A stretch of 64,000 nucleotides of DNA from Spizellomyces punctatus DAOM BR117 (lineage: Eukaryota): the NCBI GenBank assembly GCA_000182565.2, contig KQ257453.1. The stretch is one strand, 5' to 3'. This document shows, in pieces, positions 11,847 to 24,391 of the stretch. The translations under genes and the position numbers were made by a program. Every line of letters starts with the position of its first letter. Within the stretch, counting starts at the first letter, position 1. Below the pieces are notes generated by a model that searched no databases, was not told where the DNA came from, and saw only the letters and a list, made by a program, of their open reading frames with translations.

Positions 11847-13894
11847 TCAAAAGCCTTCTCTGCCCGACATGAGCGCTGTAAAGAAAGTGTCATGAGCATG
11901 GGTATGACGAGGAATGCCGCCGATTCACCATACCAAATAGTCTCAACATCATATCAGGTGACATGACGAGCACTCGAGGTTGCGTTCCATTGTCATTGTC
12001 TGCTCCGATCCCATCCATGTCCACGCCATCTGCGCCATAGAAATACGTCAGATAGGCCCCAAAATGAAATAGTTCCCCATGAGAAAGATATTACTGGAAC
12101 GCTGTCCCCGTTCATTTCTTTTCGTGATCTCATTTAACCCTGCCCAATCCGACCAGGGTTCAGCCGCTGTTGGCCACCATATTTTCACGTCGGAATCAAT
12201 TCCAGATGTGGCAAGGATGGGATCAAAGGGATGTGGCTGCAGACAGTTTACTACCCGCTTCAAATATATCGGTCAGAAATCCTACTGCCAAGTTTAATAA
12301 AAAGACGTAAGAACTTACTTGGTCGCCCATAAGGAGGCAGCACACCTTTCCTGTGCCCTTGTGCCACACGAATATTCTGCCATCATCAGAGCCCGACAGC
12401 ACGTACTCGCTGTTGGGCCCAAAAAAGTTGGCTTCCTTGATCTACGCCGCAGATGAGTTGTTTGAGAAATCGGCAATGATGTTTGATGCAATAGTACCAA
12501 AGTTCCAATTGCATACCATTGTTCTTTCATTCCGATGTCCACTAAACACTCGCACAATATCCGTATCGTAACGACCTTTCTCAAGTGACGGCGGCATAAG
12601 TTTCGTCTGAGGTTGACAATACCCATCGATGGGCGGCAAATCCTGCCCACGGTTTGCCTCTTTCCTGTGAGAGTCTTCTGTCTCGGCTTCTCCTTTTCCT
12701 TCCGTTCCAGTTGCCACCACATTTTGCATTGAGACAGCAACATCAGCGCCACCATCACCTTTCCCGGGACGCACCAAGTAGACTTTCTCTCGTGAGTACG
12801 ATACTAGAATATCCCCGCTACTTGTTGGATCGTACTTCAAGCTAGTCATTTTGTGATGACGACCATGAATACGCGCTGACGGCATACTTGTGCCGTCTCC
12901 GTCACTATCTGTATCGTTTTCCGCTGGTAAGGACCTGCGCATATGGGATGGGCAGAAGTTATAAACTTCCCCAGATTGTCTCTTAACGGTGGCGTCCGAT
13001 CCGTTTGATATCCGGCGGCGATCGTAAATCCTTACGACATCGTCGGTGCAACCAAGAGCGAGGTACTCTGTTCTCAGCGGATTGATATCCATTGTTGTGC
13101 ATCCAATCTCAGGTGGTCTTACGCCGCCCATACTGGAAAAAAGTTGTCGGAGAATGAATGACGGGCTTGAGGCTCTGTCTGAACGAGGGTTTTCAGCCCT
13201 TTCGGAGGGATCTGTCTTTCCTCCTCTCCCAGCATTTAGGTCAATTAGCACATGGCGGTTGCAGTGGTCATCCTCGCAAGCGCAATGCGTTGATTGACGT
13301 AAATCGTATTGATTGACAGTTCCGTCATCGCTCGCACTCCAGAAAAGATTTGGAGAGTTTGGATCTACCACCACTTCGTAAGCAATATCACTGTGGCAGC
13401 TGAAACCGACATTGGCCACTGTTTGATTGAAATCCGTGTATCGGACCATGCCGTCCGCCGCACACGAAACGGCCTGCGGGCTTGGACCCCACTCGGAGAA
13501 AGGAACAAACTTGGCAGAGAAGATGTTCGCTTCGTGCCCACTGACGACAGATGAGAGAACAGGCGTCTTGCCGGGAGGAGCAAACGGGTCCCAAATAATC
13601 AGACGACAGTCATCTGGAACACCTTTGAATACCTTGCAGCATGTCCGCCATCAGATAGCTGAGCTTACCACTGCCACTCAAGATTTGTTGTCCGTTTTTA
13701 GTCCACTGAACAGTATTAACGCAGCCCGTGTGTCCTTCGAGTTTCCGCTCCAATTGAAGGCGCCCAACCAGGCTGGCATGGCCGGCTATTTTTCCTTTAA
13801 GTTTGGAGATCGGGGTAAAGGGATCCAGTTCTCTCCGTTCAAGGGCGTCGATGAATGCCGCTGGACTACTTGGGTGCGGAGATGCCCGGCGCAT
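11847..13894 (-). CDS. DDB1-CUL4-associated WD40 protein, DCAF6/DCAF8/WDTC1 family, multi-exon
   Basis: [48 protein letters not shown] (WDxR-like), [44 protein letters not shown]. Confidence 0.88.
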
Positions 13895-14114
13895 GTTTGG
13901 AAAGGTTCTTGGACAGTTGCTCACATTCCTTTTCTAGAGTTCACCGACTGCTTGAAGCTTTCTTGTGACGTGAGCAACGCGACCCTTTGCCTGGTGGCGT
14001 GGGAATCTGCTTACGTTTGTCCGATCATTTGCTTTCGCCATCTCAAGTTCGTTGGGCATTGCTCGGTTTTCAGAAACTGCCCGGACCGTTCAAGTTAAAA
14101 AGCAAGCGAGCGAC

Positions 14115-17100
14115 ATGCTTGGTTTCGTCATATCTCAAAGTTTGGGGTTCTGGCTCTTGTCGTTCCTCATTGGGATATCATTGCCGCCTTTCAGCGAAGG
14201 CAGGTGGTTTAACGGTCTACGCAACCACGAACGCGGACAAAGAGACGAGGCAAGTGGTGCCCAGAAGGAATTAGGGCGGTTAGACACACTGGGCGTGCGT
14301 AATATGCCTAGGCATTCAGCTTGGCTGGACGACAATGACTTTGAAGGTATGTGGTAGAAGTTTACTGTGGTCGAGGTTCTAGCCGGTAAAGGTTGTTATC
14401 ATCAATTGCAGACCTTTTGGATGACTTTTTCCGGGGACAATTTACGCGTGAGGAACGGCTTGCCCTCGAACAGGCAGCTGGTAACTACCCCAAACCAGGC
14501 ACATGTTCTGGCTGAAAGCTATTCACATATCAGCACAGGGACGCTTCAAACATACGAGACCAAAGGAAACGGGTGCTTCAAGGCCGCCGCAAGCGCACTA
14601 AAGACAGGATGCAAGGATGTCTACCTTCAGGAATCCGAGAAAATCAAGTGTGAGAATGAACTGTCTACTTGCAGTAACTCTACCGGCTGATCTTACATAC
14701 ACTTGTAAAGATGCTGTCCGATTGACTAAATGTGAGATTGCAACTGCCAACATACCGATTCCGGCAGAGTGTAAGAGTGACTCTGACAATGGCGAAGTTT
14801 ACGCATGTGTCGAGTAAGGCAATACGCCAACATTGAGTAGATGAATGGTGTCTCATCGTCTCCATTTCTGTAACTCTATCAGGGTCTTATCCCGGGTACC
14901 GCAGTTATGGACGTCTTATTCAGGCTACGTCCGCGACGTTGGTATGGTGTTTTCGTTCTCATGGAACACTAAATACGTGGTAACGCGGATGTAATACCCA
15001 GTGAATATGTGCTTCGCCATTCGCTATGAGGCATATTATGGTGCGTTGGGCCCCATTCATTGGTGTTGTCAGCACGACCTAATCGGCTATTAGATCACAT
15101 TGAGCATCTCTTCGAGAACGTAACTCGATACCAGGTTTCCTCCTACCGCCTACTTCGTCAACAGCGAAAAGACTTAACAGATTGGCGGAAAGAAGAAATG
15201 ACACAATTGAAAAATATCGAGGCTCTGCAAAAGCGCCTTGCAGTGCAGGCTGGTCATATTGAGGTACGTACCTTTCCCTTCAAGGTTCACATCGAGTACT
15301 TATGGATGTTTCTGTCACAAAGCAGACAGTCGCAGTCCGCAGCTCAGCGCTAGCAGTAGCAATAGATCGCAATTTGACTGCAGCACAGATTGCCATTGAA
15401 GCAATATTACATGGCCAAACTGAGGCTCAAACCTTAATATCAGACATATTGTCGGAGACATATGATTTATCTGGTACGGTACGCGGGACACTGGAAAGCA
15501 CGGCTGAGGTGAGTTGTCGACCGAGACTATGTAACCTGGAAATCGCATTCCCCAGGCAAATGTAAGCACGATCTCACTATGCAATGTAGATTGTGACCAG
15601 CTTAAATCAGAGCGTTGGAAGGCTTTCTGCGGACGTCAGCCAGATTATTATTCAAGAAGGCACCGCATTAGAAGCGCTGGATGATATCAAGGAAAGCATC
15701 CTTACTATGATTGTAGCAAATGACTGTGGATTAACCAATTGCACTGGGCAACCAACAGAACGGCTTACGTGGCACTCTCGATTATATAGCATCTCGTTCG
15801 AACGAACTTGATCAGGTGTGCAATCCTGTCTCATAAAACGACACTCTCCACGTAGACGCTGATAGATGTCGTCAGGGTCTGGACCGGATAACTCAACAGG
15901 TGACGTCTGTGGATGGAGGTTTACAAGCATTTGCGGCTACGAGTGAGAAAGCGCAAAACAGAATCATGGTGCGACAATCATGTCTAGTTGTCTCTGTACC
16001 GACAGTCATTGAAACAGAGAGAATGCAGGAGAGCTTGGGTGAAATGTATTCATACCAGCTTGAAAAATTCGCCAAGACATTGCAGGTATGAGAATCAGCT
16101 TGGCGTCAAAGCGCAGACATATTGACGCAAATTGCAATAATGAAGGAACTCGAGGAATTGAGCAAGACAGCAGAAAATAGCCTGCAATTGCAGCACGCCT
16201 TTAAGGTATGAAAGAAACATGGCCTCAGCTGCACTGTTGAGTCTCAAAGGGTGTCTTCGCCAGCAAGAGCACCAAGTTCTAGCCGCGCAATGGACTTCCT
16301 CCTTTGCACGGGCTGAGGAAGACCTGAATGCTCTATCTGCTCGCTCTTCCCAGCAAATTGAGCTACTGATCGAAGCAGCGGAGACCGCGCATACTCGACA
16401 CACAGAAGTCATGGGCGTACTGTCACCTGTGATGTGGTTTCTGGAATTTTTTTTTGGTAGAAAAGACGTTGTGTCTATGTAGAAACTCGGTGAAGGGCAT
16501 CCTCTAACCCCAGATGTCAGATGAACTTCGGAGTGTCACGGCATTTTTGACGATTGGTGTGTCTACGACATTACTCTTATTCATATCGTCCGTAATCCCG
16601 ATGCTACGGCCAGTCCGCTCTAAGCTTTTTTTTGGTAGGTGTTATGATATGCTTCTTTCAGTTGCTTTACTGCGTGATGATACTCCATCGTCAGCATGCA
16701 TTATCGGTTGTTTTGTTGCATATGCATTTGCGAACAGCATGGGAAGACACATTGGAGGCCCCGCGGGGCTCGTTGTGAGTTTATAATGTACAGATTTTGA
16801 CTAGTCGACGAGTTAAAATGTCCTGATCCTTTACAGATTTACTTTTCGCTGATAACGACAGTGCTTTATCGCCACTTCAGCTTTCGAAATGCAAAGGAAG
16901 TTCCCTCTGCATCTGATTCTTTTAAAGACAAACACTTTTCGATTCATCGAGACGAGCACCGCCGTCATCTTGAAAGCCTGCGATCTTCTTGTATGGATAT
17001 TCCAGGATCTAGCGGAAAATCTATCAGCGGTTATCTCCGGTCTGTTTATGCTGGCATAGCCCTACAAGGCGACGTTAATTTATTATGGTTGTTTTATTCA

Positions 17101-17175
17101 GGGACATCAATCTGTCCTCATCCGATACAGAGCATCAAAATCCTTCTCTCTGGCGCTTCCAAAGGAACGCAATAA
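14115..17175 (+). CDS. KAR5: Kar5/Tht1/GEX1/Brambleberry nuclear-envelope fusion protein, many exons; 3' end approximate
   Basis: Signal peptide, then the cysteine-rich domain CFKAAASALKTGC...|AVRLTKCEIATANIPIPAEC...ACVE|..SRVPQLWTSYSGYVRDV|VNMCFAIR, then coiled-coil exons and C-terminal TM segments. Confidence 0.85.
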
Positions 17176-17573
17176 TCAACCGCTCTGCACCTCTACCCCG
17201 TTTTGGTCTATGAATTTGGCACCAAGACCTATTATAAAGACTTTCATATGCCATCGATCTATTACCGCACTCTGCGAGGGACACATTATCAGAATGCCTT
17301 TTATTTTGTAGAATGTTGAACCTATATAGATCTTTAGGAGTGTGTCGTTGAAAATAAATTCCATACCTTTTGAATTTGCAGATTGAACTCTTCGAAGCTG
17401 GATAGGCACGTGACATGTTGCTGACTGACTGCCCATTCAAATTGTGCGAGGACTGATTTGGGGACGATAGCCCGCATCCTGGTGGCCTTTCCGATTGCTT
17501 CTTCCCGTTAAAGAGACAAAAGCAGATACCATTCGTCGTTGGACAGGGGAACATCTGGACGGAGCCGGCGAAA

Positions 17574-20500
17574 ATGTCGGATCATTCTGAATGTAAATGT
17601 CAATTAGCACTTTATGACGATCCTGTGATATTAGTTGTTCTTTCATGCCATCTAACTGCGATCTGCGTATTGTAGCGGATACCGAAAGGCATCGGGCATA
17701 CGAGGAAAGTCAACTCAGTGACGAAGAGCGTGAACCGCTGATGGACGAGGGCCACCAAAGCGATGCGGAAGACGGCCAGATAGACGAAAATGCACCACAA
17801 AGCGAAGGGGAGAATGAGCCCTCGTTCGACGTGGGTCGTCGCCGTAGCGAAGAAGCAGGCGATAGTTATCAAAAACATCGCGAAAATGACAGAGAGCGGG
17901 GGGAACATGGAACCAGTGATGCTGAGGATGATGACCACATGGTCGACGCACCAGTTGCAAGTTTGAAGAAAAAGGTAGCTTTTCAGATTGGTCAAACTAG
18001 AACCCAGAGTGCGACGGAGATTGTGAGGCTATGATTTTGACTTCTGCTCCGGTCTTCAGAGCCAAGTGGTATCTGACGATGAAGGTGAAGGATCAGGAGA
18101 AGAAACGGCACGTCCGTCGTCCAAGAAATATGGGGTGAGTTACTTCTTTCGTGGGACAAAGCGATTCGTCCAAGATTTGATTTTTAAGGTTGCTTCAGAC
18201 ATACAGTGATGAAGACGAGGAATCAGAAGAGTCGGACGAAGAAATGACTGAGGCGGACAAGCAATTCATTGTCGATGACGCCGAGGATGAGGAGGGGGGC
18301 AGGGTACATAGGAAGCGAAAGCGCAAGAAGAGAAGATCTCCAACTGATTCGGAAAGTGATTTGGATGAGGACGACTTGGACCTCCTCGATGAAAATGCTG
18401 GAGGCGGAAGGACTTTTAAAAGGCTTCGACGAAAGATTGAGGAAGATGATGTGGCAAAGATGTTCTCTGACGAGGAAGAGGCTGGTGCAACTCGTGATGG
18501 AATGCAATTCCACGAACGCGAGCTTTACGATGAGGATGATATGGAGGATTTCATTATTGACGACGAAGAGGGTGAAGTTGGAGAAGTGGACCGCGCGGAG
18601 ATTGTAGCGCAACGACGCAAGGAAAGAGCCGCCATGGGTCAAAACTTGGGTCGGGCTCTGGGCATATCGGACGAGTGAGTTGTCATGATTTTTCTGTGGG
18701 CCTGGAGATTTTGACCTTACGAATGATGTGCAGGCAATGGAGAGACACTCAATACTTGATCGATTTTGAGATGGATTATGGTTGGGCACTAAACCCTAGC
18801 AAGGTACGGTGATGAATGATAACGGCTTGACTTGTGATCTTATTCACATTGCGAGATAGGTTGGGAAGGATATGATGGCCATAGATGAAGATGAAGAAGA
18901 GGTCTTGGCTCCGAAACCGAAGGAAGTTAAGCTTGCAGATGTAGGTCTTTGCCTTCGTTCACTCATTGAATACAGGAGATTTGACTCAAATCATTGCATT
19001 CAGATCTATGAACCTACGGAAATCGCAGAGAAACTTCTGACGGATGCGGATGAGCTGATTCGCATGACCGATTTACCCGAACGGCTACAGGTACAAGAGT
19101 GGGGCCAAATATTAGTGGCAATTTGAACATCTCTCTAATTTGCTATATACAGCTTCGAGGAGACTTTCCTCCACCTGACCTCGGAGAGCTTGACCGTGAA
19201 GCACTCTACATTAGACGTTATCTTGTGGAGGAGAAGCACATGAAGGAAGGTGCAATGCCAGATCAGTCTTGGACAGAATCCATTGGAAAAGTTTTGCAGT
19301 TCCTTCGAGGGGAAAACGAGAAAGGGGAGCGATTGTTCTTTGAAGTTCCGTTCATTCATGCGCACCGCAAAGACTATACCGAAGGACGACTCGACCTACT
19401 CGATCTGTGGAGAATTTATGAGCTGGACTTCCAGTTTATGGCATTTGAGGCGAAGAAGAAAAGTGTTAGAGCTGCGTTAAAGGAAATCACACAAAAATCA
19501 GAGCAGGCTGCAGCTGATCTTTACATCGAAGAGGTCCTCGATCGAGCGAGCTCGATGGAGGAAGTGATGGACGTATCGCAATATATGCAGCTGAAGTACG
19601 GAAAGGAGTTGGCGCAAGCGGAGCAGACACGGCGACAAACATTCAAACGTGCCAAACGGAAGACACCTTATGAAATAGCGCGGAGCGCTGGTCTCGGTGA
19701 AATTGTGCAGGTAGCGTTGACGTGCGCTAATAGGTAGCCGTACCGTATTACTCATGCGTATACTTATTGAAGATGTTCAATTGCGATGCTCGACGTATTG
19801 CATCCAGCATTTCCGCCTTCCGATCGCGGGACGCTAAAGTCCCGTCCGAAACACCATTAGAGGTGGCGGAGCGATATGTGGAAGGCCCGTACAAGAGCGC
19901 CGAAGCCGTGCTGGAAGGTACTTCTAATTCCATTGTGCGTAGGTTTTGAGGCGTTGCGGAAGCTAACAAATACCGATAGCGGCCCGTATGATGTTGGCAG
20001 CAGAAATAGCAGTAGATCCGACATTTCGTGCTTTCGTGCGGAAAGTATACTCCACAGATGCCGCGCTGACTGTCACTCCTACCAAAAAGGGCAAGGCCGA
20101 GATTGATGAAACACATCCATATTATGTATGTGACGCGAATTTGAAATTACTAGATTTATGGCTTATGCATTGTGCTTGATCTGCAGCCTTTCAAATACCT
20201 CACGAATAAGTTCCTATTCGAATTCAATGATGGGCAATTCTTGCAGATACTTGCTGCTGAGGAGGAGGGCCTGATTGAGCTGGAGATGCGTATCTCAGCG
20301 GAGGAAGAGTTTTTGAATGATGTCATAGGCAGAGCGTGCTTGCCAGCAACAAGTGGTATTGCAGAAGACTGGAACGACCAGATTCGGAAGACTCTTGAGC
20401 ATGCTTGTAAGGACCTTATTTTTCCGCAGATTGTAAAGTGGCAGAAGGAGAGGCTTGGATTGAAGGCTGCAGACTTTGTTGCTTTGCAATGTCAAATCAC

Positions 20501-23170
20501 TCTTGAAAAGGTAAACTACACGGGCAGTTGATGTATGTTCACTCTCGGCGAGATTCATATCTTCTGCCTTCGTAGAAAATCAACATGGCCCCCTTCAAAC
20601 GTAGTGAGGATGCCGATGCCGATGAATGGGATCCACGCGTCTTGGCCATCAGTTGGGGCGATGGGGAGCCAAATGCCGCAACGTTTGCGGTTGCACTCAA
20701 AGAAACCGGGGAGGTTCTGCAGTGGAATAAGCTCGACCGCCTACGGGGACCTATTGATCACCGAGGACCGGATGCGGATGCCCTAGTAAGCATGATAGTA
20801 CGCCATGAACCGGATGTCATCGCTATTGCCGGATTCAAGCCGAATACGAAGACAATGCTGCACAGAACGCTTCAGGACATTGTGCAAGAGGCGCTTGTCA
20901 GCGGGCGCATCCGAGAGGATATAAAAATCATTATTGTGGACGACGAGGTCGCCAGAATTTTCATGAACTCGAAACGGGGCCTCAGGGAATTCCCAGAAGG
21001 CGCGTATCCACAGCTTGTGCGTTACTGTGTTTCTCTCGGCAGACGAGTACAAGATCCTACCACAGAGTTTGCGGGCTTGATGGACATGAACAGCGACATT
21101 TTGCATTTAAGATTGCATCCGGTGCAACATTTGGTTCCACCTGAAAAACTGAAGCAGGCATTGGAAAAGTCCTTCGTAAATGTCGTCAACACCTGGTCAG
21201 TTACCACCATTCCGTATGACGAAACCGATGTTATTGTTACTATAATCTAACAAGACATCTTGTAATTCAGTGGTGTGGATATCAACTTAGCCGCTCAGCA
21301 TCCACACAGAGCAAGTACCCTCCAGTTCGTAGCTGGCCTAGGGCCTCGAAAAGCACAGTCCTTTATATCTAAAATAAAGAGATCGGTAGGTTAGAGAAGG
21401 CGCCAATGGCTTACACCGGTATCCGTTTATTGACCCGCGTGGTATTAGGGAGGCCGACTGGAATCACGCTCACAACTAGTCAAGAAGGGTCTTTGTGGCA
21501 AACGAGTATTTATGAACTGCGCGTCCTTCATTCGTATACGATCCAGGCACTTTGCCCGGTATGAGGCGAATTTGGACGTTTTGGATGATACTCGTGTACA
21601 TCCTGAAGATTATGATCTGGCGCGAAAGATGGCAGCGGACGCTCTTGATTACGACGATGCCACTGTGGAAGAGGAGGAGAACCCTTCGCTTCATGTTGCT
21701 GAGCTGATGGAAAGTGAGGATGTTGAGAAATTGGCGCACTTGGCTCTGGATGAGTTTGCCATGGAACTCGAGAGGCGTCTTAACGAAAAGAAAAAGATGA
21801 CCTTGAATGACATTATGAAAGAATTGATGGCGCCTTACAGTGAGCGCCGACAGAGTTTCCAGCCAGCAACCCCAGACGAGATCTTCGGCATGCTCACGCA
21901 CGAAACAGATGAAACACTCCGCGAATCCAGCATCGTATCGGCTCACATCGTTCGCGTGACAGATCGGTTGCTCAAATGCCGCCTGCCTTCAGGAATTGAC
22001 GGTCTCATTCACATCCGCAATATACCGTTGGATCGTATCCATGGTCATGAGCCTTCCTTGGGCGAGATATACCAGGAGGATACTGTTTTGGAGGCAAAGG
22101 TTGTGAGAGTTGACAAGGAAAAGCTGGCGGTTGAGCTATCGCTGAGGGACTTGGATCGCAATCGGCTGCGTCTCATGGTTCCGGTAGACCCCCGATTTGA
22201 TCGTGCCAGACAGGCCATTGAGTACGATGAGAGGGCCGCTGAACGCAACGGTAAACATGTTGTTTAAGGTTACTAGGTATTCCCCAGTCTCTCACCTGCA
22301 GTTTTGTAGTGGAGGTGCGCAAGTCCAAATCGAAGCAAGTTCGCATCATCAAACACCCTTACTTCAAAATCATGGATTACAAATCTGCACAACAGTATCT
22401 GTCCGATAAGGACGTCGGCACGGTGGTTATTCGTCCATCAACGAAAGGCAACGACCATTTCTCCATCACATGGAAAGTTGACGAAGACCTGTATCAGCAT
22501 CTTGGTGGGTTGAAACTGGCCAGATGATACTCATGGGACGTCCTAATTGATAACACTGTCTTTCAGACGTCGTGGAGGGTCAAAAGGAGAACGAGATGGC
22601 ACTGGGCAAAGTGCTCATGCTCGAGAATGAACGCTATTATGAAATCGATCAAATCATCGCGGAGCACATTGAACCAACCAGCCGACGCGTTCAAAATATG
22701 CTAGTACATCCAAAGTATCAGCGAAGGACGGTGGCTGACATGAGTGAGTAGACGACGTCGGTACTAGGTCTGGAGAATATGCTAACAGTTCGAAATCAGT
22801 GAAATTGGTCGAAGAGCAGGCCGCCGCCACCCGACGCTCTGCCTATGGCTTCATTCAAGTCCCAGACCGACCCTGTCACTTTTTCTTAGTCTTCAAACAT
22901 CCACAAAGTCGACCACACCAGGAATACGTCCTTGTAAATCACCGAGGCTACGTATTCCGCAAACGAGTCTTCGATACTATCGACGGCGTATTGAAATTCT
23001 TCAAAGAAGATGAAGCACGGCGAGCAAACAGTTCACGACCAAGAGGGCATGGTCATACCGGACAGACACGCGCGCCGGCTCCACCACCCCCTGGAGGATA
23101 TAGGAACGGGCCACCACCTCCCGGTCAATATCCACCGCGGGCACCACCACATATGCCTGCACGAGTATAA
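17574..23170 (+). CDS. SPT6: Transcription elongation factor / histone chaperone Spt6, many exons
   Basis: Acidic N-terminus (LDEDDLDLLDEN), IRMTDLPERLQ, FFEVPFIHAHRKDY, GLGPRKA, LDDTRVHPEDYDLARKMAADAL, S1 domain and SH2 (VIRPSTKG...SITWKV). Start MSDHSE at 17574 with a phase-1 first intron. Confidence 0.95.
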
Positions 23171-23259
23171 ACGAAATCAAATTCTCGTATATATTCTTAT
23201 CCTGGAAGGACGGGCCATTAACGTACATGAATACAGAGCACCGCCTGCACCTTTTTCTA

Positions 23260-23923
23260 CTATCGATATAAACTTAGTTTGCACTTTTTTAAAACCTCCG
23301 CAATCTGACTTCTACGATATGGTTTTGTAGCTACACAGGTTGGGATATTTTCTGGCTGTTCTATCCATCTGAGCGCAAGTCTTTGTTAACCTAGCGGTAC
23401 AAGATGGATCGCTCGTCCATTAGACCTTACTTGTGGTGTACGATTCCATGGGCATCAAACAAGGAGCAAACTTTCTCGAGATGGTTGGCATTTTTGAGCT
23501 TTGCATTCACTTCATTTAGTTCATGGCTTCTGGCAACAATAAACGTGTAACGCAGTACCTCATAAGTTACTTTATGCATTCGCTCGAGATCACCCAAGTA
23601 TTCTACTACGTCCGGGTCTTCTCGCCATCTCCATATTACCGCCGTACTTGCATGGCAAGCCTGCGTCACTATACTGCGTCATATCGCACATTATTCAGCC
23701 GTTTCAAGAGAGGAGCCTTGAGTTGCAAGTCCTACCTCCCAGTCGGCCATCCAAGATCCTGGCTGCAACATTAGAGATTGACAAGGTATCGCCAAGCTCA
23801 GCAAGTGCCCACCTTTTGTAGATCCTTGCGTAGGGCTATAAACACTGTCAGGGGCTCCGGTTGTGGAGGGTCCGTTGTATGTGGTGAATTGTCAACGTGA
23901 TTGGGCGGTTGTGGGGATGACAT
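23260..23923 (-). CDS. PTRHD1: Putative peptidyl-tRNA hydrolase PTRHD1 (PTH2 superfamily), multi-exon
   Basis: VFIALRKDLQK|DLGWPTG...TQACHASTAVIW, DLERMHKVTYE, WMEQPENIPTCVATKPY. Confidence 0.85.
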
Positions 23924-24391
23924 GCTGATGGTACGCGTGCTCCTGGGTTCAAAAAGAGAAGGTCGGTAACAAGACGATGCTCGAAGAAGGGCTATACTGT
24001 TCCTATTAATATGATGACGGTATTGCTGAAACATGTCGGAATGGAAGAGCTGCTGCAGAAGGGTCTGTAGACAGTAGAGACAAAATTCAAGTATGGCTTA
24101 GGTAATGGTCCCGATCACAGAGTCAACCAGAGTCAACGACACTTGTTGTCGAGAGATTTGACAGAGAGCGGTAGTGTTTATAGTCATCCTCGTGCAGGAA
24201 ACTGGATGATTTGTATCAATTGTACAAAAAGAAAGCGACCATAACTACAATCTGTTCTTACAAGACACAGAAGTGCGACATCATTCTGCTTAACGCCGAT
24301 AGTGGAAGCACTGTGGCGATGTGAGACAACGACGTTCGATATAGTGCGGAAGGGTCAGTTCGGGCCACATTCTACCAACATCTTATGGGTA

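Noticed and set aside
15556-15561. Apparent 6-nt microexon in KAR5 (CAG|GCAAAT|GTAAG)
   Set aside because: The following intron would be only 28 nt; a single intron 15509-15589 keeps frame.
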